A stretch of DNA of 64,000 nucleotides, taken from assembly GCA_963751575.1 (NCBI GenBank), contig CAVVUX010000003.1, positions 292,563 through 356,562 on the forward strand, read 5' to 3'. The notes under the pieces were generated by a model, which worked only from the letters and a program-made list of their open reading frames with translations, was not told the origin of the DNA and ran no database searches. Shown here piece by piece: positions 35,362-45,939 of the stretch. The stretch comes from an uncultured Chloroflexia bacterium. Lineage in GTDB: Bacteria > Chloroflexota > Anaerolineae > Anaerolineales > UBA11858. Both the position numbers and the translations under genes were made by a program. The first letter of the stretch is position 1; every line of letters starts with the position of its first letter.

Positions 35362-36354
35362 TTATACCCCAGAGAGCTCTGGATCGAGAATCCAGGCAGC
35401 TCCCCCAGGAGTGCATTCTAAGATAGATTTTACATTACCCAAGGATCCTAATTTCCGTTTTACCCGCTCGAGATCCTCTGCAGGGCAAATCAAGTGAACA
35501 TTGGGGCCAGCGTCGATCGTAAAACAAACTTGCAGTCCCTCCCGGCGCCATTGCTGAACCGCGATCATGATCTCAATCGTGCCGGGCTGCCAGTAATAGA
35601 GAGGGGGATCAGAAGTCATCATCACGCTGTGCATCAGATTGCAATCCTGCTCAACAATTTCCGCAAATACCTGAAAATCTTTTTCAAGCAAAGCTTTGCG
35701 GCAAATATCCAAGCGCCTGGGTGTGTCGACGACTCGGGCCCGTTGCAGAGGACTGCTGTCTGCCAATCGGTGGCCATCTGATGACACTACCTTTTTGTGT
35801 TCCTGGCTGATCAGCAAAACAAGATCCACCAGATCCCAGTGGTCAGGTCTGGCAATCGAAAAGGCATGGGAGGATTCTCCAGCGGGATCCCATTCCACAA
35901 AACCCGCCGGGATGGAGCGGCTGGCAGATCCTGATCCAGTCCGAGCGATCTGGGAGAGGGTTTTTTCAGGAAGTTCAAGACCAAGAGAAGTCGCTGCTGC
36001 CAATGTCAAGGCTGCAAATGCCGAGGCGGAGGAAGCTATTCCTGTCCCTGTGGGGAAACTGTTCGTACTGACCACCCTGGCAAAAGTTTTCACCCGGGCC
36101 AGATTTCTGAACCGGTCTAAACAATATCTGACCCTCTCAAGTGCCGGGCCATCTGCGATCTGGCCGTTCAGCAGCAAGGAATCTTCTGTTAAATCAGTAT
36201 CAAAACTGACTGTTGTGCGTGTTTCGAGAGGAGCCAGGTTCATGGACAGGGAACCATTCGCAGGAAGCCTTAAATCATCGTCCCTGTTCCCCCAGTACTT
36301 GATAAAAGCGATATTAGGATGAGCGGCAGCTGATGCAGTTGAAATCATAGTCAT
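35362..36354 (-). CDS. mvaD: MvaD-family GHMP decarboxylase, probably mevalonate-5-phosphate decarboxylase
   Basis: NIAFIKYWG, GIASSASAFAA, GSGSASRS, TIDAGPNVH. Confidence 0.9.
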   Translation of the reverse strand: MTMISTASAAAHPNIAFIKYWGNRDDDLRLPANGSLSMNLAPLETRTTVSFDTDLTEDSLLLNGQIADGPALERVRYCLDRFRNLARVKTFARVVSTNSFPTGTGIASSASAFAALTLAAATSLGLELPEKTLSQIARTGSGSASRSIPAGFVEWDPAGESSHAFSIARPDHWDLVDLVLLISQEHKKVVSSDGHRLADSSPLQRARVVDTPRRLDICRKALLEKDFQVFAEIVEQDCNLMHSVMMTSDPPLYYWQPGTIEIMIAVQQWRREGLQVCFTIDAGPNVHLICPAEDLERVKRKLGSLGNVKSILECTPGGAAWILDPELSGV

Positions 36355-36370
36355 CTCAAATATAATTGAC

Positions 36371-37132
36371 CTAGTTTCCCGGGAGGATCATGGTCGGGAA
36401 ATAACAATAAGCTGTTCCCTGCCAATTCTGGTAAAAGGCAAGTGGAGTGGTGCCTGTGAGTAAGATATGGCCAGCAAAACCTTCCAGGAAGCGCTGCATG
36501 AGTTCATTTTGGGAAGACAAAGGTAGCTGGTTGCAGAGCTCCAGGATGAATAATGCCTGGTTATTCTGGGTGACCAGGCGGTTCTCAACAGTAAAGGACA
36601 AACCTGCCAAGCCGATGCTGTTCAGTGAATGATATTCGGGGCTGATCTCCTTCATAATCTGGCCGATCTCATCCAGGGATGCATAGTCCACCAGCAGCAG
36701 CTGGTGCCAGCTCAGGTTCCTGTCAGTAAGAATAGTTATAAACTGACTGGAAAGCTGTCCGGTGTCCTCAAACCAGAACGCTCCGCGCAAATTGAGGTCC
36801 CGCTGCACTCCATCCTCGGCCTGCGAGGGAAAGATCGGGAAAAATAACCTGGATCCAGATCCATCGCCAATCCGGCTCAACCAGACTCCTTCCAGCAATG
36901 GATTCAAGTTCGAAAGATCGTCGACCAGGATGATCAAAGTAAAGGGATCAATTGGTAGTGGTGCAGAAGTCCCTTCCCTGATCAGGACTTGTCCACTGGT
37001 CGATTGAAAACGTTCCGCTGGGTTCTGACCGTCAGAAAACAACAGCTGGCTGGACCTGATTCCCAGAAACAGGAACAAGCTGAAAAAAACAGTAAAAATG
37101 ACCAACAGCAGCTTTGATTTCATATTTAGCAA
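36371..37132 (-). CDS. Hypothetical protein with N-terminal membrane anchor
   Basis: 253-aa ORF, hydrophobic N-terminus, first gene of the mvaD-rseP run. Confidence 0.6.
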   Translation of the reverse strand: MLNMKSKLLLVIFTVFFSLFLFLGIRSSQLLFSDGQNPAERFQSTSGQVLIREGTSAPLPIDPFTLIILVDDLSNLNPLLEGVWLSRIGDGSGSRLFFPIFPSQAEDGVQRDLNLRGAFWFEDTGQLSSQFITILTDRNLSWHQLLLVDYASLDEIGQIMKEISPEYHSLNSIGLAGLSFTVENRLVTQNNQALFILELCNQLPLSSQNELMQRFLEGFAGHILLTGTTPLAFYQNWQGTAYCYFPTMILPGN

Positions 37133-37818
37133 TTTTCAAGCGAAAAACCCGGCTGAATATCCAATTTCTGCCAGTTAGTAATTGTTCTCGCTCTCTGTTT
37201 AGAATCATACCATTAGATGTTTGGGATTTAATCCCGTTAGCTTTGAAGTTAGCTTGAATCGTTATCTACCAAACAGCACAAGAATATAATGACTTCCTGA
37301 TCCAAAAAAAAATATAGTTTCTCGATAATTCTAATTTTAGAAACATTTTTATCTACCTACAGCCCAGGTAGACCTGATCTCATCAAGGCTGAAGCAGTCT
37401 CGGCAACCAACACAGGATCAACCGCAACTTAATAAATACCTTCAGCCGATACACCTGAATTAAACGGGGATCCACCTCACCCAATATCAACCAAACAACT
37501 TTTGAGCCAATCATTGAAGTTGAAATTTGGAGGAGTGAAATTGTCCTAAGGGAGATGACAATTTTTAACCCCGGGTGAGGTACAGCATTGAACTCATAAC
37601 GATTATCTATCTCGCTCCAATCAATCATCGATTTTCGATCCCTGGGATTGGTGATGCAAATTATTCTAATCCTGCTATTGTTCCCAAACTCATGAGCATA
37701 TCCAGACCTTCCACCTAACAGTTTTATTAGGAGGAAACATTATGATGATACTTTCCTCTATAATGAAATTGATATCCATGAGTTTTAATCAAAATCTGTA
37801 TTCAATCGAGGAGGAACG

Positions 37819-40023
37819 ATGAATAGATTTTTCCGGTCGCTATTATATATCGTTACAATCTCAGCAGTAATGCTGATGAGCATTATGGGCCCTACCACGG
37901 TCTACGCAGACGGAGGGACGTCTAATGACCCAGTTGTTACAGAACCCCCTGATGAAACAACTGATGAGACTTCAGCTGAAAACAGCGAAGTATACCCTCC
38001 CCCTGAAGAAACAACTGAAGGCCAATCTTCAGATCAGACACCCCCAGTAGAAGCCGTACCCGTTGAGGATCCCGTGGAAGTACTTGAGATCCTGGAACAG
38101 GTCCCTGATGGAACAGATCTGGTGGTAGTCAATGATGAGGGTGAACTTGAACCGCTTGCCAGCGAAGAGGCAGCTAAGATCCTGGTAGACGGGGACCCGA
38201 TCTGGTGTCCTGAAGGCCAAGTGCCAGTCGCCAGTACTAACGGTTGCACACCGAGCTACACCACGTTTGGAGATCTGGTCACAGAACTCGATAACAATGC
38301 TACTACCTACACTGGAAATGGCGTGATCTGGGTAGCGGCAAGTTATAACGGAAATGATGATAGCGCGATCATCTTTGATGGTGCCCCTGGAATCCTGGAT
38401 AATCTAGGTGACATATCTGTTCTTGGTGGCTGGAGCGGTATCAGCGGCAGCACCAGTATCGATCCTAATACTCCCTCTACCCTTGATGAACACCTTCACT
38501 TCATAAACTGGAATGGTTCTATTTCGATTTCAAACCTGGATATTACTAATGCTCCAGGAAACTATTCGATATACATTCGTACTGATGGAGATATCACGCT
38601 AAATAACCTTTCTGTGAGCGGGAGTGAAAACGCAGCTGGAGCTAATGTGGACAACTGCCAGACAGATCCCTGTACAGGAAGTGGTGATATCGTGGTGGTC
38701 AACAGTGAATTCAATAATAATCCTGTTAACGGCACAACGATCCGCAGCGCTGGTGAGGTCACTATTGAGAATGTTACCGCTGATAATAATGGAAGAGATG
38801 GAATTAACGTGCAAGCCGAAGCGGATGTCTCTCTTAAAGAAATAACCACAACAAATAACACCCAAGACGGTATTCAGGTAACTGATGTCGGAGGAAATCT
38901 AACACTCAAGGAAGTTGATTCAAGCAATAACGGCGCAAATGGCGTGTTTATAGAGGATGTCTTAGGAGATGTCACAGGATCCAAAATCACATCAAACGAG
39001 AATACCCTTGATGGAATCAGTATTAGTACAACCAGGGGAAATGTCAGCTTATCATCCAGCACCGCCAATGACAGTACTTCCGGAGATGGTGTGCAAATTC
39101 ATAATACGGATGGAAATGTCAAATTAAATGATGTCACTACAAATAACAACAACCAGAATGGTATTGAAATCTTCAACGTTGATGGCAGCCTGGGCTTAAA
39201 GTGTGTACAGACATCTGAAAATGACGGTGATGGGATCTTCATCCAGGTCGATCACGACTTTTATCTTAAGTGCAGCCAGTCCACGGATAATGGCAGTGAC
39301 GGCGTAGAAATTGTCGATGCCCCCACAGCCCAGCTGCTCAGTTTCACCGCTGCCGGTAACACCGGTCTGGATATCAACTATGATTCTAACTTCACTACAG
39401 TAACCACAAAAACGGTGGACTGCAATCCTGATAAGGAAAGCTCTCCACCAAAAGGAAACATTAAAGAGAAAAGGCCGTTTACCAAACTGTACTGCCTGCC
39501 AGGAGAGATCAAGGTCGCGTTGTACGATACCTACGGCGACAAGATCGAGTTCAAGAACTTGTGCGGGTACGAGGCCGGGGTCTTTGACCCGAGCTCGTGG
39601 ACCTACCCTGAAACGATTCCCGGTGCTGGAAATGATTACATCACCTCTCTTCAAAACAAGATGCTGGATGAGATCCCCAACCTGGTACTGAACACCGAAT
39701 TCGGCCTGGCCGGAATTTTGGCCCAGATCCTGGATGAGCTGCCATTTATGCTCCCTGATGGATTTTCCTATGCCTCAGCTTTCTTTACCGCCGTGCTGGA
39801 TGAGGGAGAGTATCTCGATCCCCTGCCAGAGGATTCCGATCTGACTGTCCGCTTCCGGGTTCCGGGATGGCTGGATCCGGGTGAAGAACTGACCATCTTG
39901 TGGTGGGACGGACTGGATTGGGTCGATCTGGGTGGCGAGTACTCCGAGGACGGATACTATTTCCAGGTCACCACCGCTGAAACCGGAGTCTTTGTGCTGG
40001 CAGTCCAGAAAAATGACTCCTAA
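37819..40023 (+). CDS. Large secreted right-handed parallel beta-helix repeat protein
   Basis: Signal peptide (VYA), acidic linker, about ten N..(N/D)G(I/V).I repeats of ~24 aa, C-terminal beta domain; RBS GAGGAGG. Confidence 0.85.
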   Translation: MNRFFRSLLYIVTISAVMLMSIMGPTTVYADGGTSNDPVVTEPPDETTDETSAENSEVYPPPEETTEGQSSDQTPPVEAVPVEDPVEVLEILEQVPDGTDLVVVNDEGELEPLASEEAAKILVDGDPIWCPEGQVPVASTNGCTPSYTTFGDLVTELDNNATTYTGNGVIWVAASYNGNDDSAIIFDGAPGILDNLGDISVLGGWSGISGSTSIDPNTPSTLDEHLHFINWNGSISISNLDITNAPGNYSIYIRTDGDITLNNLSVSGSENAAGANVDNCQTDPCTGSGDIVVVNSEFNNNPVNGTTIRSAGEVTIENVTADNNGRDGINVQAEADVSLKEITTTNNTQDGIQVTDVGGNLTLKEVDSSNNGANGVFIEDVLGDVTGSKITSNENTLDGISISTTRGNVSLSSSTANDSTSGDGVQIHNTDGNVKLNDVTTNNNNQNGIEIFNVDGSLGLKCVQTSENDGDGIFIQVDHDFYLKCSQSTDNGSDGVEIVDAPTAQLLSFTAAGNTGLDINYDSNFTTVTTKTVDCNPDKESSPPKGNIKEKRPFTKLYCLPGEIKVALYDTYGDKIEFKNLCGYEAGVFDPSSWTYPETIPGAGNDYITSLQNKMLDEIPNLVLNTEFGLAGILAQILDELPFMLPDGFSYASAFFTAVLDEGEYLDPLPEDSDLTVRFRVPGWLDPGEELTILWWDGLDWVDLGGEYSEDGYYFQVTTAETGVFVLAVQKNDS

Positions 40024-40039
40024 CTGATGATTTTCAAGT

Positions 40040-40072
40040 AAAACGGCGCTCCAAATTTGGAGCGCCGTTTTT
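40040..40072. terminator. Bidirectional intrinsic terminator
   Basis: AAAACGGCGCTCCAA/TTGGAGCGCCGTTTT. Confidence 0.8.
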
Positions 40073-40343
40073 AGATCCTGTCGATTTCAAATCAACCTGT
40101 ATATTCCTCAATCCATCTGTATTACCCTACAAATCCTTTCCAGGATTTAGCCCTGGTAGAGATAACATAATCTCTGTAGAAATTTTCTGTGCTTAAATAA
40201 GATTTTCTCCTGTAAACACGATCTTATTAATCATCTTGTTTTCGACAGTCATTTTCAAGACGGGGAAAACTAGCCAGTGACTTCTGTCAATTTAACAATA
40301 AAAAGGACAAAGTTCCCAGCAGGGAAACCATGTCCTTTTCTTT

Positions 40344-40574
40344 TTATTTGATTATTTTCAGATTTTCTAGGTACACAAAAACATTTAAGAGTCCCAGCAA
40401 AATTCCCAGGGGAAATCCGATCAAGGACCAGGCCAGGTAGGGAATTGCTTCCTGGCGCGTTTCCCAGGATTCTCTGATCTGGGGCAGGATTTCCCGCACC
40501 AGCTGGGATTCATCCATGACTTTGATATGGAAATTCCACCAGTTATATTCAATCCGTTCAAGGACTGCTTTCAT
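40344..40574 (-). CDS. Small membrane protein (76 aa)
   Basis: GGAGGAG RBS before ATG 40574; C-terminal TM helix. Confidence 0.6.
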   Translation of the reverse strand: MKAVLERIEYNWWNFHIKVMDESQLVREILPQIRESWETRQEAIPYLAWSLIGFPLGILLGLLNVFVYLENLKIIK

Positions 40575-40587
40575 TGTACTCCTCCCC

Positions 40588-40813
40588 CTATTTTGAGGTG
40601 GAGATCTTTTTGATCTTCCCGTTTTCATCCGCAACCGCCCGCACAATGCGGTTGATTGATTTTCCACCCGGACCAGAGACTTTTTTCTGATAGACCAGCA
40701 GCGTATCGCTGGAGTTATCCCCTTCCCGGGGTGTGATCTTGGGTTTGACACCCTTGAGATCCGGGTGTTTCTGTAAACTTCGCTGAGATATGATCAATCA
40801 TTTTTGCTTTCAT
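40588..40813 (-). CDS. Small basic hypothetical protein; probable indel near the N-terminus
   Basis: GGAGGAG RBS before ATG 40813; KHPDLKGVKP..RIVRAVADENGKIKKISTSK. Confidence 0.55.
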
Positions 40814-40830
40814 GGTCTGCTCCTCCCACC

Positions 40831-42027
40831 TCAACTCCCAAAGGAGATATTGGCATAAGCCCGGCGGCGCATGAAGGCCGGCACATCCAGGGGATCGCGG
40901 TTGACTTCAACCTGCTCGGTAGAACTTCTTTCAATTCTTGCTGGACTGCAGGTTTCTGGTGCGTGGTATCCTGGCAGTCTGCCGGGGATCTCTTGATTCC
41001 CTCGCAAAGGAGCTGAAAACATCATCAAAGGTGGTAGCACCCAGGCCGGTGATGATCAGGTTGACCTGCACCTGGCCCTTCGAGTGGCTGTTCTGGGTCG
41101 TACCAAAGATCAGCTCAGCATCGGGAGGAATTTGCTCCTGCAGATAAGTCAGAGCCTGGCCGATATCCATCAAGGGTCAGATCAGTTCCGGAGGTGAAGT
41201 TCACGATCAAACCCGATGCGTTGGCCAGGGAAATATCTTCCAGCAGCGGGTGATAAAGTGCTTGTTTGACTAGCGTTGAGCAGCTTTATGTTCTGGCCAG
41301 CGGCCTGACCGATGCTCATCAGTGCTCCACCACCCAGCTTCATGACTCGTTCAATGTGGGCAAAATCGACATTGATTTGTCCGGGTTCAGTGATCAGTTC
41401 GGTTATGCTTTGCACTGCCTGGCGCAAAACATCATCCGCCAGGTGGAATGCCTCAGACAGGGTGGCTTTTTCAGATACGGTCTGGAGCAGCCTTTCATTC
41501 GGGATGGTGATCAACGTATTGACATGAGGTTGCAGTTTTGCCAGATCCCTCTGACAGCATTCTTCTGGCGGCCACCAACTTCAAATCCAAAAGGTTTAGT
41601 AACCACAGCTATGGTAATAATGCCCATTTCCTGGGCAACCTGGGCTGCAATCGGAATCGATCCCGTACCGGTTCCCCCACCCATACCAGCAGTCAGGAAG
41701 ACCATATCAGCTCCTTCAAGTGCCATGGCAATATCACCTTTGCTTTCCAGGGCTGCGGCTTCACCGACACTGGGGATCACCACCGGCACCCAGTCCGCGG
41801 GTCAGTTGCGGACCCAGCTGAAGTTTAACGGGCGCCTGGCTGAAAGCCATGGCCTGGCGATCGGTGTTGGCAATAATAAAATCGACCCCGGATCAATCCA
41901 AAATGGATCATACGGTCAACGGCATTGCTTCCTCCACCACCCAGTCCCATAACTTTAATGACAGGCATATAAGGGGGTTCTCTTCCCATTCTCTTAGTCG
42001 CTGATCTAAAATATGCTCGTTAAACAT
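40831..42027 (-). CDS. ftsZ: FtsZ homolog, split by several indels; T7 loop reads NVDFAH
   Basis: [41 protein letters not shown]-terminal [10 protein letters not shown]. Confidence 0.9.
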
Positions 42028-42084
42028 GATGGTTTCTCCTCTGCTCAAAACCCGGTACATCGGGCAATTTGTCAATTTCTTCCG

Positions 42085-43334
42085 TTAGATTGCTGCCAAT
42101 AATGATGCAATTTTTGTACCATCTCCCTCAATCCGCCGGACCAGGCAGCCCTGGTTGCGAAGTTGGGTGAGATCCTTCTCAGAAAAATGTTCTTCACCAC
42201 CAACCACAGTGACTTCTTTGGCCTGGAAGGCTTCTTCCAGGGAAAATCCTACTGTGGGACGGTGGCTTCTTGATAAAAGATCGGGTGACATTCAAATGCC
42301 AGTCAGCTACACCCCACTCAAAGCTGGGCAGCAGCAGATAATGGGAGATCTGAAAATCTGCCGTCTATATGCTTTGGTCTCAGGTTTGGATCCAGCTTTC
42401 AAGGAAAGCATCCACAATCGGTTTGGCTTACTCCTTCCGGACTGTACCAGCGGTGTTCTGCAGCACAGCAATCCTCACTTCCTGTCAAGCTGAAGATGCT
42501 CCCCCAATCACCTCTTCCGGCAGCGGCTCCAGACCCTCAACTTGCTGGCGGGCTATCAGGCGGGCGCCTTGATCAGGTATTCTGCAAGTTCCTGACCTTC
42601 CGGGGCAGGTCCCCGAACACCAAGCAGCAAGATCGGCAGTTTCTTTTCCAGGATAGTTTCTGAAAGAGTCAGATACCATTCAGCAATCCGGAACCCCAGC
42701 TGATCCTGGGAATGTTTCCGGGGTGCAGATAAGGCTGTGATTCGGGCCAGCTTTGCGGTCCACCAGCACCCCAGGAACAGGTCCCGACCGTTAATCCAGC
42801 ATAGGCAGAAAGGATCAGACGATCTTGAAGCGGCTTGGACGCCCGACGTTTAATCCCGTCCAGGGCAGCCCCGCAAGAAAGTCGTATCCCAATAATCTCC
42901 ACCCGGTTCGAGCGGAGGAAATACTGGCACCAAGCCAACGGCGACAGCTGCTTCTGCCAGAGGTAAAAAGCCGTCCAGAAAACGTTCAGTTAGATCCGAT
43001 TGAGCCCAGGCTTCTGCATCCCCAGCTTTCCTGCTGATTGGGGCGGTCAAATAAGACCAGGTACTTGACACCCCAGCGTTGGTAATTTTCAAAGAGCAGG
43101 ATCATTTCCTCGACAGAAGGATAGATCCCGGGGAGTGATCCTGAAAATGCAGCACCGGTTCGATCCTTCCATTCTTAAGGGCGGTATGAATCCTTCCGGA
43201 ATAGCCCGATTGGTTGGAGCATTAAGCACGATCCAGGAGGCATCCAGTTCTTTCAGGCGCGGCAGCCAGGTCGCCAGGTCCTTTTCTGAATAATGATCGC
43301 TGTCCATTCGATAGTGAAAACCAACTTTTTCCAT
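42085..43334 (-). CDS. Hypothetical protein (possibly glycoside-hydrolase-like barrel), split by several indels
   Basis: Coherent fragments across frames: MEKVGFHY..WLPRL, PVFPPLEPGGDYWD, HRPTVGFSLEEA..VRRIEGDG. Confidence 0.55.
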
Positions 43335-43454
43335 AGCTCAAATCTCTTTCTGATCGGTTGTTGAGTACACCCTTAGATGCAAGGTTTATGCCAGCTGTCC
43401 AGTCATTTTGCGGGCAAATGGGAGGAAAAAAGTTCAGGTGCTATAATGCGAAAG

Positions 43455-44362
43455 ATGAAGAAAATCCTGCTCACCGGCGCAACTGGTTTTATCGGCAAAG
43501 CCCTCACCCGCCATTTCTTCGGAAACCGATTATCAGTCTGAAGGTGCTAATCCAGCCCAACTGGAAAATCTCCTGACCTACCCCGGGGCATTCCGGTTGA
43601 AGCAGCTGTCTCTGGATTAAATGATCCCCGAGGATTACGGGCTGCCCTGGTAGGTGTGGATATTGTCTATCACCTGGCCAGCCAGGAAGCCTTGGGGGCG
43701 AGGGGAAATTTACTGGAAACCGACATCCAGGGCACTAAAAATCTGGTGGAAGCAGCCGAAGAATCTGGTGTGGAGCGCTTCTTTTATCTCAGCCATTTGG
43801 GAGCGGATCGAGCATCAGCCTATCCGCTGATGACTGCCAAGGCCATCGCTGAGGACCACATCCAAAAAAGCAGTCTGGATTACACCATCCTGCGGACAGG
43901 CATCGTCTTATGGACCCAATGACCGGTTTACCGTTCCCCTGGCCCGGCTGATGCGCCGCATCCCCCTCGTTTTTCCCCTGCCGGATCAGGGTGACACCCT
44001 GCTGCAGCCTCTCTGGATCGAGGACCTGGCCAATATCCTGACCTGGTCGCTTGACAATGAAAAAACCAAAAGGGAAATTTTTGAAATGGGCGGCCCGGAG
44101 CAGCTCAGCTTCAGGGATATCGTTATCTCAATGGCAGATGTGATGGAACATCCACCGTTATCACCTCTCACTCAGCACATCATTGATCCGCATCGGTACG
44201 ATATTTGCCGATTATCTATCCCTGAAAATACCCACCAATGTCTTCTGGCTGGATTATTTAGCCACCAATCGAACCTGCTCCCTGACCACAGTTCCCCATG
44301 TCTTTAATTTACTGCCAAGTCATTTTTCAAAAAGAATTGAATATCTCAGACCAGAAATCTGA
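43455..44362 (+). CDS. NAD(P)-dependent epimerase/SDR (NDUFA9-like), with indels
   Basis: KILLTGATGFIG, VYHLAS, AKAIAE, LQPLWIEDLA, GGPE. Confidence 0.8.
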
Positions 44363-44383
44363 AATTTGAAGCAGGATATCGCC

Positions 44384-45013
44384 ATGACCCTATACGATGT
44401 CAGCCTGACCATCTCGGAAGAATTACCCACCTGGCCCGGTGATCCCCCAATAGAAATAAAGAAGATCAGCCAGATAGAAAACGGTGATCTGGTGAATGTC
44501 ACCCATCTATCAGCTCCGGTTCATATGGGAACTCACGTGGATGCCCCGGACCATTTCCTGGGTAATGGAAAAACAGTGGATGACATTCCACTGGAGTACC
44601 TGGTGGGACCTGCCCGGGTCGTGGAAGTCAGCTCACAGAATCTGATCAGCCTGAAAGACCTGGAGGACTTACATATTCCCGAGAGTACCAGAAGATTATT
44701 ATTTAAAACTGCGAATTCAAAATTGTGGCAGGATAATAACCAGATCTTTCAAAAGGATTTTGTGGCCCTGGGTTCAGCAGCGGCAGCCCGGCTGGTTGAG
44801 CTCGGCATTCAGGTCGTTGGTGTGGATTATCTCTCCGTAGCGGCTTTCGATGAACCTGTTCCTACCCATAAGATTTTGCTCGAAGCCGGGGTTCTGATCA
44901 TAGAGGGGTTGGATCTTTCCCGGGTCGCGGCCGGTGAATATCAACTATATTGCTTGCCGTTAAAGATTGCCGGAAGCGATGGGGCACCTGCCCGGGTTTT
45001 GCTCGAAAAATAA
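44384..45013 (+). CDS. Cyclase family (KynB-like formamidase)
   Basis: HMGTHVDAPDHF, GVDYLS, PLKIAGSDGAPAR. Confidence 0.9.
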   Translation: MTLYDVSLTISEELPTWPGDPPIEIKKISQIENGDLVNVTHLSAPVHMGTHVDAPDHFLGNGKTVDDIPLEYLVGPARVVEVSSQNLISLKDLEDLHIPESTRRLLFKTANSKLWQDNNQIFQKDFVALGSAAAARLVELGIQVVGVDYLSVAAFDEPVPTHKILLEAGVLIIEGLDLSRVAAGEYQLYCLPLKIAGSDGAPARVLLEK

Positions 45014-45081
45014 GCAGGCAAACCATGCTATGAGGTTGGTCGATACTATTTTTACTATAATAAGATGAAGCCAAGGAGGTT

Positions 45082-45732
45082 ATGATGGCCAAACATACAA
45101 GTTTTGGGATGCTGCTTTGCATGGTGATATTCGTGCTTATCAGCTGTGCTCCAGCTCCCGATGCACCACAGGAACTAGCACCGGTTGATTTAGAGGCAGC
45201 GCAAGATGCTGGCCTGGAGGAATCCCCCCCTCCAGCGGCAGAAGAAACAGGAGATGATGCTAGTGAGGATGCTGAAGGAGGACCAGCCATGCAGATGAGT
45301 TTAACCAGCCCAGCTTTCAATGATGGAGAAGCCATTCCAACACAATACAGCTGTGACGGGGATGATCTATCCCCTGATCTGGATTGGTTTGGCATCCCCG
45401 AAGGTACGATCAGCCTGGCTTTGATCATGGATGATCCTGACGCGCCGGTCGGCACCTGGATCCATTGGGTGCTGTACAACCTGCCGGCGGATATGCCGGG
45501 TTTACGGGCGGGCATTTCAGGAGCAGGTGTAGATGGAACCAACAGCTGGGGCACTACAGGATACGGTGGCCCCTGCCCTCCCGGAGGCACTCACCGCTAT
45601 TTCTTCAAACTCTATGCCCTTGACCTCATGCTTGACCTGGATGCTGGAGCCAGTAAATCTGATCTACTGGATGCGATAGAAGGCCATGTGTTGGGCCAGG
45701 CCGAACTGATGGGCACATATGCACGCGAGTAA
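45082..45732 (+). CDS. YbhB/YbcL (PEBP) family lipoprotein
   Basis: Lipobox LISC; DPDAP, HWVLYN, GPCPP, HRYFFKLYALD. Confidence 0.9.
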   Translation: MMAKHTSFGMLLCMVIFVLISCAPAPDAPQELAPVDLEAAQDAGLEESPPPAAEETGDDASEDAEGGPAMQMSLTSPAFNDGEAIPTQYSCDGDDLSPDLDWFGIPEGTISLALIMDDPDAPVGTWIHWVLYNLPADMPGLRAGISGAGVDGTNSWGTTGYGGPCPPGGTHRYFFKLYALDLMLDLDAGASKSDLLDAIEGHVLGQAELMGTYARE

Positions 45733-45853
45733 CACACGGATGCTTTCCCTAGTCGCCCAGCGAGGGAATCGGCATCCGGCACAGAAGCGGCAAATGGCAT
45801 TTGTCCAAGTTTCCGTTTACATCAGCTAAAAACATTTGCCAATGACAGTTAAG

Positions 45854-45890
45854 GAAGTGGTTTCCCTGCAGGAAACCACTTCTTATTTTG
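45854..45890 (+). terminator. Intrinsic terminator
   Basis: GAAGTGGTTTCC/GGAAACCACTTC plus TTATTTT. Confidence 0.7.
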
Positions 45891-45939
45891 ATAGAATTGT
45901 GTTATACTGGGGGGGAGTATATAAACCAAGGATCATAGC

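Noticed and set aside
45778-45840. c-di-GMP-I riboswitch (GCACAG..GGCAAA resemblance)
   Set aside because: Lacks the GAAA tetraloop stem and the GACGCAAAG core.
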